A DNA stretch of 64,000 nt from Octopus vulgaris (GCA_951406725.2 OX597839.1:19654001-19718000), one strand, 5' to 3'. Positions 12,344 through 27,050 are shown, counted from the first letter of the stretch. Numbers and translations: made by a program. Notes: generated by a model from the sequence alone, not told the origin.

Positions 12344-13463
12344 CTGTCGGTCTGTCTGTCTATTGACATCGCTGATAGGAATAGTGTTTCTAAAGTAGAG
12401 AAATTCAAAGGGTTGCTTTCACCCAATAGTAGGACGCCTGCCATGTTTACAGAAGATGTGGGTTCGTATTCCAGAGGCAGCCTTCGTCCCTCGAGGTTTT
12501 ATCCTAGAGGCTTTTACTCCAATATTTGCACGCTATTCCGTATAGCTTCGTTAGCTTCGAGATCCACTAACCCAAAAAGCATATATTTATACACGTACAC
12601 ACACATATAGATAAACAGACAGATATCCAACTTGATATGGATGCCTTGTTCGAACACCGAATACTGCGTTGTTAGCCTTAAAAGATCGCCTCATATAGAC
12701 ACTTGTTGCAGAAAAGTACACCCATAGATGGTAGCTAGCTGAAATTGTCTGTTATGGGCGCAAGATTTTCTCACATCACGTGACTTCAGTGTACTGAAAC
12801 TCATCTGGGTTCCCTCCCCTTCTCGCCATATCTCTGACACAAGGTTGTGTCGTTAACCAGATGGAGGAGATGTTCTCCTGGGTTTTGAAAAAATGTATTA
12901 ACCGATTTACGTACGGAGCAGCCATGTTGAAGTGGCAACAAAAGTAGTGCTCCAGCATGGCCACAGCCTCTTGCTGATGCCAGAGAAAGATTAAATAAAA
13001 GATGAATATGCATACGAACACGTAACGAATTCGAACATAAGGATAAGCAATAAACAGGGGAAAAGGGTCAAAGATAATTCCTTTTAATAGATATTAGCAC
13101 TATGACCCGGCAACGCTTAAGGGCTTTGCTGGGTGACTGGGGAAATGTAAAGATGTGCACGACCACCCTTGGACGGCTTTGAATGACCATAGTAAGTGTG
13201 AATTTGTATAAAGGATACACACACACATACACACACACACACATACACACACACACACACATTTTGCCATTTATATATATAGAGATAAACTTATTCTCAT
13301 AATAAAGTTATAATTTCTGATATGTTCGGCAAGCGTTCTTAACATGATGCATGAAATATTCTCATCTTGCCCACACACAACATACTCCAAACTACACGTC
13401 GTCAAACACATTTCTGTCCCATGCCAACCACAAATCCGAGCACCTCAACTAACTTGACCCCTA

Positions 13464-13652
13464 AGCATTCAAACCGGCCATATCCAGCCCCAGAAGTTTT
13501 CCCAGTTTTATGCTTAAACTGGCCAGATGTGGCCACTCAAATCTACCTTACAATGTCATCCTGAAAATAAAGAAATACCTCATTGAAATCGCAAAACTGT
13601 GAGATAATGTATGGTTAATTCAAAGCAATGTGAATAAGTAAGCATTCACATC
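13464..13652. mobile_element. Possible partial MITE remnant
   Basis: Start TTGACCCCTAAGCATTCAAACCGGCCATATCC resembles TTAACCC-type termini of a repeat recalled from octopus. No second end is visible. Confidence 0.35.
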
Positions 13653-14077
13653 AGCTGGATCCAGCCTTTCTAAAAATTTTCTAAACAATTCCGTTATTAT
13701 CGTATCGGTCCTAATTTCAGAGTTAATTCATAAGAATTTTCTCCTCGTCAGTGATAAATACGGTAAGAAATAAATTAAATACTTATTATACCCATGGAAG
13801 AAGCAAACACTAAGTCATGAGCACACCTAAGTACCCCAAATATATCCAAAATAGAAATTTTCCAGCACACCATGAGACACGTGCGATCGAACTGAAAACT
13901 CTCATAGAGTGAGAGAGTCCGGAACATCTAATATAGGATGAAATTTTTCGAAAGAAATTCTATCAATGGCCAGCATATTAAAAAATACCTTTAAAGGTTA
14001 AATTTATTGACGATTTGTCTTTTTTCGGCATATTTGGCATTAGAAATTTTTTCTTTTGCCCTTGCTTATAAGTTGTT

Positions 14078-14124
<47 letters not shown>

Positions 14125-14137
14125 ATATATATATATA

Positions 14138-14187
<50 letters not shown>

Positions 14188-14189
<2 letters not shown>

Positions 14190-14480
14190 AGGCGCAATGG
14201 CCCAGTGGTTAGGGCAGCGGACCCGCGGTCGTAGGATCGCGGTTTCGATTCCCAGACCGGGCGTTGTGCGTGTTTATTGAGCGAAAACACCTAAAAGATC
14301 CACGAGGCTCCGGCAGGGGGTGGTGATCCCTGCTGTACTCTTTCACCACTCTTTCTTCTGTTGGCCTGCTCGCTTAGCCAGCGGGGTGGCGTCATTCGAA
14401 GGCTAAGACAATGCGAACGCATTATGACCAGCGATGTGTAACAACATCTGATGGTCTGGTCGGTCACATGATCACGTGAT
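14188..14480 (+). mobile_element. SINE family B, tail variant 1, full length
   Basis: Same head and tail as 2943-3218. Confidence 0.9.
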
Positions 14481-14487
14481 ATGTATG

Positions 14488-14519
<32 letters not shown>

Positions 14520-14915
14520 CTCTCTTTTACTCTTTTACTTGTTTCAGTCATTTGACTGCGGCCATGCTGGAGTACCGCCTTTAGTCGAGCAAATCGACCC
14601 CGGGACTTATTCTTTGTAAGCCCAGTACTTATTCTATCGGTCTCTTTTGCCGAACCGCTGGGTGACGGGGACGTAAACACACTAGCATCGGTTGTCAAGC
14701 AATGCTAGGGGGACAAACACAGACACACATATATATATATATACATATATACGACGGGCTTCTTTCAGTTTCCATCTACCAAATCCACTCACAAGGCATT
14801 GGTCGGCCCGGGGCTATAGCAGAAGACACTTGCCCAAGATGCCATGCAGTGGGACTGAACCCGGAACCATGTGGTTGGTTAGCAAGCTACTTACCACACA
14901 GCCACTCCTGCGCCT
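14520..14915 (-). mobile_element. SINE family A, full length
   Basis: Reverse complement of 45072-45485. Confidence 0.92.
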
Positions 14916-15740
14916 ATATATTTATATATATAGATATAGATATTTTTTTTTTTTATCTAGTTTCAGCTCACGAGCTGTGGCCATGCTGGGGCACCACCAT
15001 TACACACATTTGTTTTACAAACAATTGAAGTAAATACTACTTCTTGACCTTGTCCAAAAGTGTGTAAAGTTAAAGTAAAATACATTTTTTTCATTTTACT
15101 CAACATAAATTGTTGTTTTATGCGTGAGATATAAAGACTTTTGCTTATCTATATCTCAAATATATTTTTCTAAACTCTTTGTTTTTCATCTTACAAACAA
15201 TCGATTATCTTTCATACATTCAAATCAGTTGAAAAATTGCAATCCTGGTTAAAAAAAAAAAAAACTCTAAATATTCTAAATACTCTATATACTCTAAATA
15301 CGACGAGATGGTCAGTGCTGAAAAGGATTTACTCTTAAACTTGCACAGAGTTCATCTAGTACTATAATAACGATAAGAACAAGAAAATCCCAACATCATT
15401 CTTGTGAAAATTTTACAACAGAAGGAAATGCACCGAGGCTGGAGATTTTAAATAACAGACTTATTAGGATTCAATTCAGTTAAATGAAGTTTTTAATTTG
15501 AATTATTAGGTGTAATTAATTCTAATTCTAATGCTAATCATAATTCAATTACAAATATAGCTTGAGCTCAAAGGTAGGATTAAATAGCAATTAAATCCGT
15601 TTGAAGATTTGGAAACAAAGAAAGTGAATGTAAGCAAACGTAGAAAATATGGTTAGATTTGGTTGTGTGAGATGGTGTGATAGAGGTTAGTTTAGGAAGG
15701 TGAGTGGCCGCAAGAAATGGGTATCTACATGTGTGCCTGC

Positions 15741-15778
<38 letters not shown>

Positions 15779-15901
15779 TTGTGTGTGTATGTGTGTGTGT
15801 GAGTACGTATGTATGCATATATATAATATATATTTCATATGTATAACTATAATACACAAACATTCACACACATATATCCACACCCATATATGTATGTATG
15901 T

Positions 15902-15971
<70 letters not shown>

Positions 15972-16354
15972 GCATAAATATGTACATGGATGTGTGTGTG
16001 CGCCTGTATATATATATATCGATTGGTAGATAGATAGATAGATAGATACATATATGTGTGTGCGCGCGTATGTATATATATATAATATATATTTTATATG
16101 TATAACTATAATACACAAACATACACAAACATTTATATACACACATACATGCATAAATATGCACATGCTTTTGTATGTGGGTGTGTATACGTATTCATAT
16201 ATATTTGATCTACACACACGCACACACATGTAGATTTATATATGAAACACATAAATACACACACGTCTATAATTTATCTGAGTTCGCTGTGTATATATGT
16301 GTGTGTGTGTGTGCGCGCGCGTGTGGGTATGTGAGAGAGACAGAAGGTTTCAAA

Positions 16355-16657
16355 TTTTGGCCCTAGGCCAGAAATTTCAGGGTAGCGGGTGTTAAGTCGA
16401 TTACATTATCACCACCCTCATTCCGAGTTCTCAACGGGTACTTCTTTTATCGATCCCGAAAGAAGGAAAGGCAAAATCGACCTCGGCAGAATTTGAACTC
16501 AGAACCTAAAGACGGACGAAAATGCCGCTAACTATGTTGTTTGGTCGGCCCGAGGCTATAGTAGAAGACACTTGCCCAAGGTGCCACGCATTGGGACTGA
16601 ATCCGGAACCATGTGGTTCGTAAACAAGCTACTTACCACACAGCCACTCCTACGCCT
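16355..16657 (-). mobile_element. Adjacent SINE fragments: family C (16355-16532) and family A head (16541-16657)
   Basis: CGACCTCGGCAGAATTTGAACTCAGAAC, then GAAGACACTTGCCCAAGGTGCCACGC. Confidence 0.8.
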
Positions 16658-16668
16658 ATATTGCAGAA

Positions 16669-16895
16669 AGGCGGCGAGCTGGCAGAAACGTTAGCACGCC
16701 GGGCGAAATGCGTTGCCGTATTTCGTCTGCCGTATTTCGTCCAAGTTCAAATTCCGCCGAGGTCGACTTTGCCTTTCATCATCCCGGGGTCGATAAATTA
16801 AGTACCAGTTACGCACTGGGGTCGATGTAATCGACTTAATCCGTTTGTCTGTCCTTGTTTGTCTCCTCTGTGTTTAGCCCCTTGTGGGTAGTAAA
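16669..16895 (+). mobile_element. SINE family C, full length with TSD
   Basis: Head AGGCGGCGAGCTGGCAGAAACGTTAGC with B box GTTCAAATTCC. Direct repeat TATATTGCAGAAAGG at 16657 and 16915. Confidence 0.9.
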
Positions 16896-17384
16896 AAAAA
16901 AAAATATATATATATATATTGCAGAAAGGATATTAACAACGGCAACACCGCCACTACGACCAAAAGCAATAGCGATAACAATTACATCGCAATCGTTATG
17001 ACTACATTGGGTCGGAATATTTTGATTTGGTAAGCTCATCAATATTACTGGGGTTGAAACAAACTAACAACGGCCTCAATATCACTAGTAACATGTTTGC
17101 TATTTGTCACAGTTCACTCGTCTCTACAGCTGTTTTGCCACATTGGTTTTAACAAGGAAATGACGTCATGTTAAGAAGGAAGGCAACACCATGTTGACGT
17201 TACAGACCAGCTGTTCAAAACGTGTGGACGTATGTGTGTGAAGTAATCGACATTTCAACCACATCCGAAACCTTTGGGGGTTCCGATCTTTCTATCTATC
17301 ACTCTGTTTGTCTGTCTCTATCTGTTTAACTGACTGTCTGTCTGTCTATCTAAGTGGTATCGAGCACGAGTGCGGTCGGTCGGC

Positions 17385-17459
<75 letters not shown>

Positions 17460-17513
17460 AGTCTGCTTGTCTGCCTATCTGTTTCACTGTCTGTCTATCT
17501 ATCTATCTATCTC

Positions 17514-17544
<31 letters not shown>

Positions 17545-18059
17545 CTATCTATCTATCTATCTGTCGGTCAATCTATTGGTCAGTCTGTCTGAGTTTCTGT
17601 CTGCCTATCTGTCTATCGGTTTTTCTGACCGACTGTCAAACTGTCTGCCTGTCTCTCTATGTATGTGCGTACTATGTAAGTAATTTATCTCCGTATGTAT
17701 GTATGTACGTATCTATCTACCTATTTATCTACCCCACTCACTGACTCTCTATTTTCTTTCTCTCTTTTTGCCTCTCTCTCTCACCCTTTCTCTGTACTCC
17801 TATTATTAACATGTATTTTGCATGTGTCTGTCCGCCTTGGTTTGCAAGACATAATACAACTAGCAGAATGTATAGCTTGAGTTGTTTTGATATCCAAGAG
17901 AACCTCCACTTCCTGTGGATATTGATAACGTGTTCAAGGTTACAGTAGCTTTGGAATAACTGACATTTTTGGGGTAACAAGAAGTCAGATATATGTCCTG
18001 CACGTTTTGGAACGCATGAGATATCATCGGCTGGTGTATATATATATATATATATATAG

Positions 18060-18132
<73 letters not shown>

Positions 18133-18492
18133 TGTGTGTGTACATATATGTGTGTGTGTGTAGAGTAGATGAAACCTTAGCGACTGAAGAAGGGGTTTTT
18201 TTCGTTGTGTTAATTGTCTTGTACTCCATTTTTGTTGTTTTTAAAAAAATGTCCAGTTCCTTTGGTTTGTGTCTATGTTTTCGTTTCTCTTTGTGTTCGA
18301 CGTCCCTTTGGTGTCCTGTACTCATATATGCGTGTATATGTACATGTAGAGGTAGGTACGTACATATATGTTTATATATATGCATATGATTTATTTCATT
18401 TATTAACATATATATATATATATATGTATGTATGTATGTGTGTATGTATGTATACATATATATTTATGTGTGTGTGTGTCTGTGTGTGTGTG

Positions 18493-18641
18493 TGTGGTAA
18501 AAAGCTTTCTTTCCAACAACGTGGTTCCGAATTCAGTCCCGCTACTTAGCACATCGAACAAGTGTCTTCTTCTATAGCCTCCGGCCAACCAAAGCCTTGC
18601 AGAGTAGATTTTTTCGTAGACGGAAATTGAAAAAAGGCCCG

Positions 18642-18643
<2 letters not shown>
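18493..18643 (+). mobile_element. SINE family A, diverged 5' half
   Basis: GTGGTTCCGAATTCAGTCCC...GTAGACGGAAATTGAAAA. Confidence 0.7.
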
Positions 18644-18685
<42 letters not shown>

Positions 18686-18873
18686 AAGAGAGAAGATTTT
18701 TTCTCAAAGAGTTAAATACAACTTTAAGCTCTATGCTCGCAAGTGCTGGTGACTGTTCACCAATATATGAAGCTATTCCTGAGAAAAATAAGGTGAAATA
18801 AAATTTATCAAATGAGACCGAAAACCCTCCATATATCTCGGACAAGATTATCAAGAGAGATAATTAGATCGGT

Positions 18874-18916
<43 letters not shown>

Positions 18917-18921
18917 TAGAC

Positions 18922-18980
<59 letters not shown>

Positions 18981-19041
18981 AAGACAGACAGACAGACAGA
19001 CAGACAGATAGATAGAAAGACAGACAGACAGACAGACAGAC

Positions 19042-19119
<78 letters not shown>

Positions 19120-19593
19120 ATAGAGAGTTAGATAAATAGATAGATAAATAGATAGATAGACAGCCAGATAGACAGATAGATAGACAGATAGACAGACAGA
19201 CATAGACGGACAGAGAGACAGTAAATCAGACATATCGACTGAGTGACTGACAGACAGATAGACCGACAGATATATAGGGAGATAAAGATATATAGGTATG
19301 TATACATGCACACACATACCCATACGGGCATATAAGTTATACACCTTCATTATACAATCAAGCAAACAGAAACGGAAGTTTCGACAGGGCTCTAAGTGAC
19401 TTAAGCAGTGTGTCACACTGACGAAGCGAAATCACGCTGAATCTCATAAATGAAAATTCGATAACATCACTCAGATATCCCAGCTTGTACACTCCGAACA
19501 TAAGCACAGCTAACGTCATTCTACTTCCAGTATATACGAGTACGTATATATACACACACGTATATATATACATGCATATACGTTTATACATAC

Positions 19594-19662
<69 letters not shown>

Positions 19663-19682
19663 ATATATATATGTATATGTAT

Positions 19683-19770
<88 letters not shown>

Positions 19771-19794
19771 TATATATGTATATATATATGTATA

Positions 19795-19858
<64 letters not shown>

Positions 19859-20165
19859 AAACAAAAGTAATATGGAAGATAATAGACATCGTAAGCACCA
19901 ATTTCCGTTTAAAATTAATGTATACAATGCACAGTATATGTTTGTATATATACACGTTTGTTTTCACACACACTCACACACACATATATATGTATATATA
20001 TATGCACACGAGCTTTGCTAAGTTACTTTAATTAAAGTTTTCGCGCTGACAACAGTCGTTCAAGTTTAATAAAGAAAAATCTTTCCTCCTTCAAAATCAT
20101 GTTGAGTATTTCGTTCATTTGCAAGTGAAATTACAATCAACACACAACGCAAACATACAAAACAT

Positions 20166-20238
<73 letters not shown>

Positions 20239-20387
20239 GTGTGTTTGTGTGTGTTTGCATATCATTAGAGTGTAAAGCATTTTAAGAAAATTTTCCTAGG
20301 CTGTAGTAAGCATGGAATCCAAATAGATGAAAAATACAATATCCAAGTTGAAGACACACACACTGCACGCATGCACGCACGCGCGCG

Positions 20388-20430
<43 letters not shown>

Positions 20431-20592
20431 GCACGCACACACTTTGAGATTTACTGCCGGTGGTGACTTTAATGGATGTTGATCGCTGACCAGTTTCATT
20501 GAGATATATTATATAAAACTCAACCTAAATTCTTAAACACAGTGTTCAGAAAAACTCATACGCGCATACGTGTATGTTTCCTCATATAAATA

Positions 20593-21001
20593 CTAGCAGC
20601 ATAGCCCGGCGTTGCCCGGGTATGTAAGAGCCCCTAGTAGGCAACGACTAATCCCAATCTAGTTCTTTCCCTCTAGGAAACGAAGGCGCATGTGTAGGTT
20701 GCAATGTCTTCTCTTCACTCGAATACTTCTATGTATACGATGTTCCTAGCTGTCTCCCGACAGAAAATGTGTTGCATATAAAAAGCTTAGATTCTCGATC
20801 CCCATGTCGAATTTATCGATTTTTTTCAGAACTGGGGGAGCTTTTCAAAATTTTCGCTGCGTTAGTTTTGAATTATGACATTGGGCTATGTATGTGTCAA
20901 GTTTCATCAGAATCGGTTGAAAGCCGTGGCCAGGTTGAGGGTACAACCTGACAGACACACAGACACACAGACAGACAAACTGCCGTTTATATATAGAGAG
21001 A
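20593..21001 (-). mobile_element. Non-autonomous Helitron (about 410 bp)
   Basis: On the minus strand: A|TC 5' end (TCTCTCTATATATAAA followed by CTGT repeats), subterminal GC hairpin CCCGGGCAACGCCGGG, and CTAG|T 3' end. Inserted between A and T with no TSD. Confidence 0.85.
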
Positions 21002-21078
21002 TATACACACACAAATGTGTGTGTATGCATGTGCGTGTGTGTGAATGTTCTTTTATACATACATATACACATATGTAC

Positions 21079-21127
<49 letters not shown>

Positions 21128-21130
<3 letters not shown>

Positions 21131-21298
21131 AGAGTTTACGAAAATAAACAAAAGACGAAGACAGGTGGTGTACAATACAAACAGATGTATTAGTATAGCG
21201 CTCAGGAATAGAAAAAGTTTCGAGCCTACGCTCTTCTACAGAAAGGGACACAGAAAAAACAAGGAGAGACAAAAAATGTGTGTAGTGGCTAACGATCT

Positions 21299-21300
<2 letters not shown>
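21128..21300 (-). repeat. Hammerhead-bearing dispersed element, cleavage site deleted
   Basis: Reverse complement of 46250-46415. Retains CTGTAGAAGAGCGTAGGCTCGAAAC but lacks the following GTAAAAGAC. Confidence 0.75.
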
Positions 21301-21355
<55 letters not shown>

Positions 21356-21356
<1 letters not shown>

Positions 21357-21662
21357 GAGCCGCAATGGCCCAGTGGTTAGGGCAGCGGACTCGCCGTTGT
21401 AGGATCGCAGACCGAGCGTTGTGAGCGTTTCTTGAGTGAAAACACCTACAGCTCCACGAGCCTCCACAGCGGGTGGTGGCGATCCCTGCTGTACTCTTTT
21501 GCCACAAATTTTTCTCACTCCATCTTAGATATAGATGACGGGCTTCTTTCAGTTTCCACCTACCAAATCCATTCACAAGGCTTTGGTCAGCCCAAAGCTT
21601 TAGTAGAAGACGCTTGTGTGGTTGGGAAACAAGCTTCTTACCACATACTCAATCCCGCGTCT
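21356..21662. mobile_element. SINE B 5' fragment (+, 21356-21525) and SINE A fragment (-, 21537-21662)
   Basis: GCAATGGCCCAGTGGTTAGGGCAGCGGACTCGC and GGGCTTCTTTCAGTTTCC. Confidence 0.75.
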
Positions 21663-22055
21663 ACAAGTAAATACAGAACGATTCCTAAGTTTGGCACAAG
21701 ACCCGCAACGAATTAAAGGAGGATTAAAAGAGAAGTCGAGATCGACGGAATTTGAACTCGGAACATGTTACTTTCTATATTACTATCTTTTCTGTAGATA
21801 GCTGTGAGTATGTAATTGTACCGGTATATGTGCACACACAAATGCATATATACACGCATATATATCTATATATACAAACATATGTGTAATGTATATGAAT
21901 TTACGTCCGTTTGGTTCTCTCCAAATCTCATTTAAAATTAATTAATGATACTTAATTTAAGCTCTTGTTTCCATTATACACTAACTGCACATCGACATGT
22001 ACACAAATATACATGCATGCATTTAAATACACACACACTTATGTATATATATATA

Positions 22056-23324
22056 CGAGGGGCGTTCAATAAGTAATGCCCCTGACCCACTTCCCATAGC
22101 AGTAGAGCAACGAAACTTGGAACAGTTATTAGTCTTTTTCTACATAGGAACCACTCAGAGTTACGCATTTCTCCCATCGTTTGATGCAGCGCTGAAGACC
22201 GTTTTTGTAGAAGACCCCAGCTTGGCCCTCCAACCACGACGTGACTTTAGAAATCAAGGCTGCATCATCTGTGAAATGCTTTCCTTTTAAAAACAACTTC
22301 ATGGCTGGGAAGAGGTGAAAATCAGAGGGTGCAAGGTCAGGAGCGTAGGGGGGATGGGGGAGTAGTTCATAGCCGCACGCCTGTGCTTCTGATCTGGCGA
22401 CACGCGAGTTGTGGACCGGAGCGTTGTCTTGCAGGTAGAGGATGTCTTTGCTAATCTTGCCCCGCCTCTTGATTTTGATAGCTTCTCTTAATTTCCTCAA
22501 AAGTGAAGCATAATAGGCTCCTGTAATTGTGGTACCCTTTGCCAGGAAATATGTCATCACTACTCCGTCCTGGTCCCAGAAGACTGTGAGCATGACCTTG
22601 CCAGCGGAGAGCTGCACCCTTGCCTTCTTTGGAGGAGGTGAGTCACGGTGCTTCCACTGCATTGACTGGGCTTTGGTCTCTGAATCATAGTGATGGACCC
22701 AGGTTTCATTCTGTGTAATCAGTCTTTTGAAAAATTGGCACATCTCCAAATTCATCCTCGAGCACTCGACGCGTTCTTGCTTCTGGAAAGGTGTGAGCAA
22801 CCTGGGAATCCATCTGGCAGACACCTTTTGCATATGCAAATGGTCATGAATGATAGTTTCCACAGACCCGGTACTAATCTTGACCTCATGGGCTATTTGG
22901 CGAATAGTTATGCATCGATCTTCGAAAATGGCAGCCTCAAAATGACGGACAGATGCCTCATCAATGGCAGAAGGGGGTGATCAGATCTGGGAGCTGTTTC
23001 CACAGAGTTCCGACCATGTTTGATGCCAGCGTTTTACAAGGTCATATGATGGGGCATCATCACCATAAGTTACTTTCATTTCATCAAAAGTCTCCCGTGG
23101 TGTGCGTCCTTTCAAATACAAAAACCGGATTACTGCTCGACACTCAACAGGCTCCATTTCACACTTGACTCAGTTCAAATACCTGTAAATCAAAAACCAC
23201 AATTAATGCAGAGCTGTAATTTGCCACTTAATCTATAGAGATATAAATATTTGCACATGCAAAATATCAGCTAGATCAAACAACTGCAAGTGGGTCAGAG
23301 ACATTACTTATTGAACGTCCCTCG
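22056..23324 (-). mobile_element. Mariner transposon (same family as 11073-12290), defective
   Basis: Same TIRs and TA flanks. ORF 22129-22863 covers the catalytic domain. Confidence 0.95.
22129..23157 (-). pseudogene. Mariner DD34D transposase pseudogene
   Basis: WIPRLL, ITQNETWVHHYD (first catalytic D to N), LQDNAPVH, HPPYAPDLAPSDFHLF. N-terminal frameshift deletion near 23020 and loss of EDESK. Confidence 0.92.
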
Positions 23325-23422
23325 TATAACACAAACATATAGTTATCATATATATGCATACGTACGCATACATATATATACACAAATACACACAAATATA
23401 TATATATACATACATCGTAGAA

Positions 23423-23460
<38 letters not shown>

Positions 23461-23567
23461 ATACATAATATATATATACATATGTACATACATATATATA
23501 TATTTGCATACATATATCTTATATATATATATATATATATTTAAAAGCATACATTATATATATATAT

Positions 23568-23956
23568 AGGCGCAGGAGTGGCTGCGTGGTAAGTAGCTTA
23601 CTTACCAACCACATGGTTTCGGGTTCAGTTCCACTGCGTAGTACCTTGGGTAAGTGTCATCTACTAGAGCGTCGGGCCGACCAAAGCGTTGTGAGTAGAT
23701 TTGGTAGACGGAAAATGAAAGACGCCCGTCGTATTTATGTATATATGTGTGTGAGTTTGTGCTTGTCCCCGCAACATCGCTTGACAACTGATGGTGGCGT
23801 GCTGACGTCACCGTAACTTAGCGGTTCGGCAAAAGAGACCGATAGAATAAGTACTAGGCTTACAAAGAATAAGTCCTGGTGTCGATTTGCTCGACTAAAG
23901 GCGGTGCTCCAGCATGGCCGCAGTCAAGTGACTGAAACAAGTAAAAGAGTAAAAGA
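23568..23956 (+). mobile_element. SINE family A, full length
   Basis: AGGCGCAGGAGTGGCTG head through the GTAAAAGAGTAAAAGA tail. Confidence 0.9.
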
Positions 23957-23992
23957 TATATGTATATATAATTTGCACACATACATCTTATA

Positions 23993-24280
23993 TGGTTAAG
24001 GTAGCAGACTCGCGGTTGTAGGATCGCTGTTTCGATTCACAGACAGGTCGTTGTAAGTGTTTATTGAGCGAAAACACCTAAAGCTCCATGAGGCTCCGGC
24101 AAGGGGTGGTGGCGATTCCTGCCGTACTCTTTCGCCGCAACTTTCCCTCACTCTTTCGTCTGTTGGCCTGCTCGCTTAGCCAGCGGGGTGGCGTCATTTG
24201 AAGACTAAAACGATGCGAAGCGCATTGTGACCAGCGGTGTGTAGCAACATTTGATAGCCTGGTCGGTCATGGTGATCACG

Positions 24281-24285
<5 letters not shown>
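23993..24285 (+). mobile_element. SINE family B, tail variant 1
   Basis: Matches 14188-14480. Confidence 0.88.
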
Positions 24286-24329
<44 letters not shown>

Positions 24330-24469
24330 CCACACCCATATATATATAGACGTAAGTGAACAAACGAATGATGCATTTAACACAATTGGTAGGACTTCCA
24401 ACAATTTTAATAACATTCTAAGTCAAACTCTCACTTAAATGTAATATATGTATCTCTGCGTGTTGTGTG

Positions 24470-24502
<33 letters not shown>

Positions 24503-25098
24503 TGTGTGTGTATATATATAAGTGTAGGCTTATATATGTGTGTGTCTGTGCGTGTATGTGTGTGTGTGTGCGTGTGTGTGTGTGTTTGTGTGTATGTATA
24601 TAAGTGTAGGCTTATATATGTGTGTGTCTGTGCGTGTATGTGTGTGTGTCTGTGCGTGTATGTGTGTGTGTGTGCTCGCGTGTGAATGATGTTTGATCTC
24701 AGTTACGTAAATTCAAGTTACCTTTATAAAATTTCCTAACGAGCCATTTACTGTGGATTCGAACACACTATGTTGCCATATCTATACCCGACAATTATAC
24801 TTCCATCCATTCCTTTTGTTTCACTGCAAGCACAGAGACACTCACAGTACATAATTCCAGACACATGCACACATACGCATATACAAAAACACACACATAT
24901 ATAATATACACACATATGCGCACAAGCACGTACTGACACGCACACATGTACACACAATATTTATTCATTAACTGTATCTTTTGTTCACGTAAGTTTCTCC
25001 AAATAACGATGGAGAGAATAACTGCATTTCAATGATATATATGGATATGTATATAGATATATACCCATATATATATACACATATCTATATATGTATAT

Positions 25099-25146
<48 letters not shown>

Positions 25147-25184
25147 GCACATACGTATATATAAATATAGATATGTATATATAT

Positions 25185-25221
<37 letters not shown>

Positions 25222-25522
25222 AACATATACATATATGTATATGTAAATCTGTATATATAAATATCCATTTATATATATATATTTATATATATATATATGT
25301 ATATGTACATATGTAAATATAATATATGTATATATATATATATTTATATATATATATATGTATATATACATATATATATATATACACACACACACATATA
25401 TACATACATATACATGTGTATATATACATATATATATATATAAATATATATATATGTATTTTTATATACATACATATACATATGTGTATATGTACATATA
25501 TATTATATATATCTATATTTAT

Positions 25523-25554
<32 letters not shown>

Positions 25555-25567
25555 GTATATATACATA

Positions 25568-25621
<54 letters not shown>

Positions 25622-26393
25622 TATGCGTATACAATTACAGATAGATGCATGTAACGTAATATAAATGCGTGCATGTTTCTACCTGTGTGTGTATGTGTAT
25701 TTTATCTTTGTGTATTTTTCTACTGCAAATTTAACTCTAGACATAAATGAAAAAAAATATGCTTTTCCAACATCGATGGTATCACCACCACCATAACTTA
25801 CACTACCACCACAACCACCACCAGAAAAACCACTACCACTACAACCACAACTTCTATCACCAACTCCACCACTTCCAGCATCCCCACCTTATTTTCTTCC
25901 TCTTCCTGCACCCTCCCCCCTTCCACCTCAGTATCCTCATCTCCATCCTCATCAGGATCATCGAAAATATCTTGAGCAGCAAAAATAATTGCAATAAAGC
26001 GGAATTTATAAATATAAACAAACACTTGAGAATTAAACAAAAATAAACCGAGAACGGATACAACAACAACACCAGCGACGACAACAACAACGGTATATGA
26101 AATAATGAAATAATAGTAACAAACAAACGAACAAATCCATAAAGAGCAGATAAATAAATAACAAACAAAATGGCTGCGCAATCAGAAAATGCCACCGGTG
26201 GGGGAAGACTTATCCTCGTCTAATCATAAAGTTGGTGATATTTTTTTCATTCATATCTGATTACCGCCTCCACCGCTCCACATATTATTGTACGAGTGCC
26301 ATGCCTGCATTAACTTTAACAAAGTTATTATTTTTTGCTCAGATATACATAGACATATAATATATAGATACGCATAAATACATATACATAAAA

Positions 26394-26450
<57 letters not shown>

Positions 26451-26689
26451 TGTTACAGTGTGCTTTTGTTGGTGTGTTTTCATGCTTTGTTGTTCCACTG
26501 CGTTTCATCCCCTCTTCCTCTTCACCCTCACCCTCATCATTTTCCCCCTCCACCCTCTTTTCTTCAGTCGACTGCTTTAAATACACGGCTAAGTGTCACA
26601 AGCTTGGCATCTTCCGAGATGCCATAATTTTGTATTTTTCATTACGTTGCATTGTGTCATAGTCTGTAATACAGACTATGCATTATTTA

Positions 26690-26692
26690 ATT

Positions 26693-26758
<66 letters not shown>

Positions 26759-26760
26759 TC

Positions 26761-26800
<40 letters not shown>

Positions 26801-27018
26801 GTTGTTGTTGTTGTTATCATTATTATTATTTTTATCATCGTCATCATCATTATTATTATTGTTTTTATTGTTGATATTATTGTCAATATTATTGTAATTA
26901 TTTTCAGTATTATTGTTGCTATTAATAATTATTATTATTATTGTTGTTATTATATAATTTTTCTTGTTGGCATATTTCTTTAACAATATTACATCATAAC
27001 AATAACAATAACAATAAC

Positions 27019-27050
<32 letters not shown>

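Noticed and set aside
14692-15033. Recurrent peptide [28 protein letters not shown] in several ORFs
   Set aside because: Antisense reading of SINE family A, not a gene family.
17130-17229. Candidate exon between CTACAG and GTATGT
   Set aside because: Stop codons in all three frames.
17820-18035. Possible decayed LINE coding remnant or host exon
   Set aside because: Only vague similarity by eye. BLASTX would be needed to support it.
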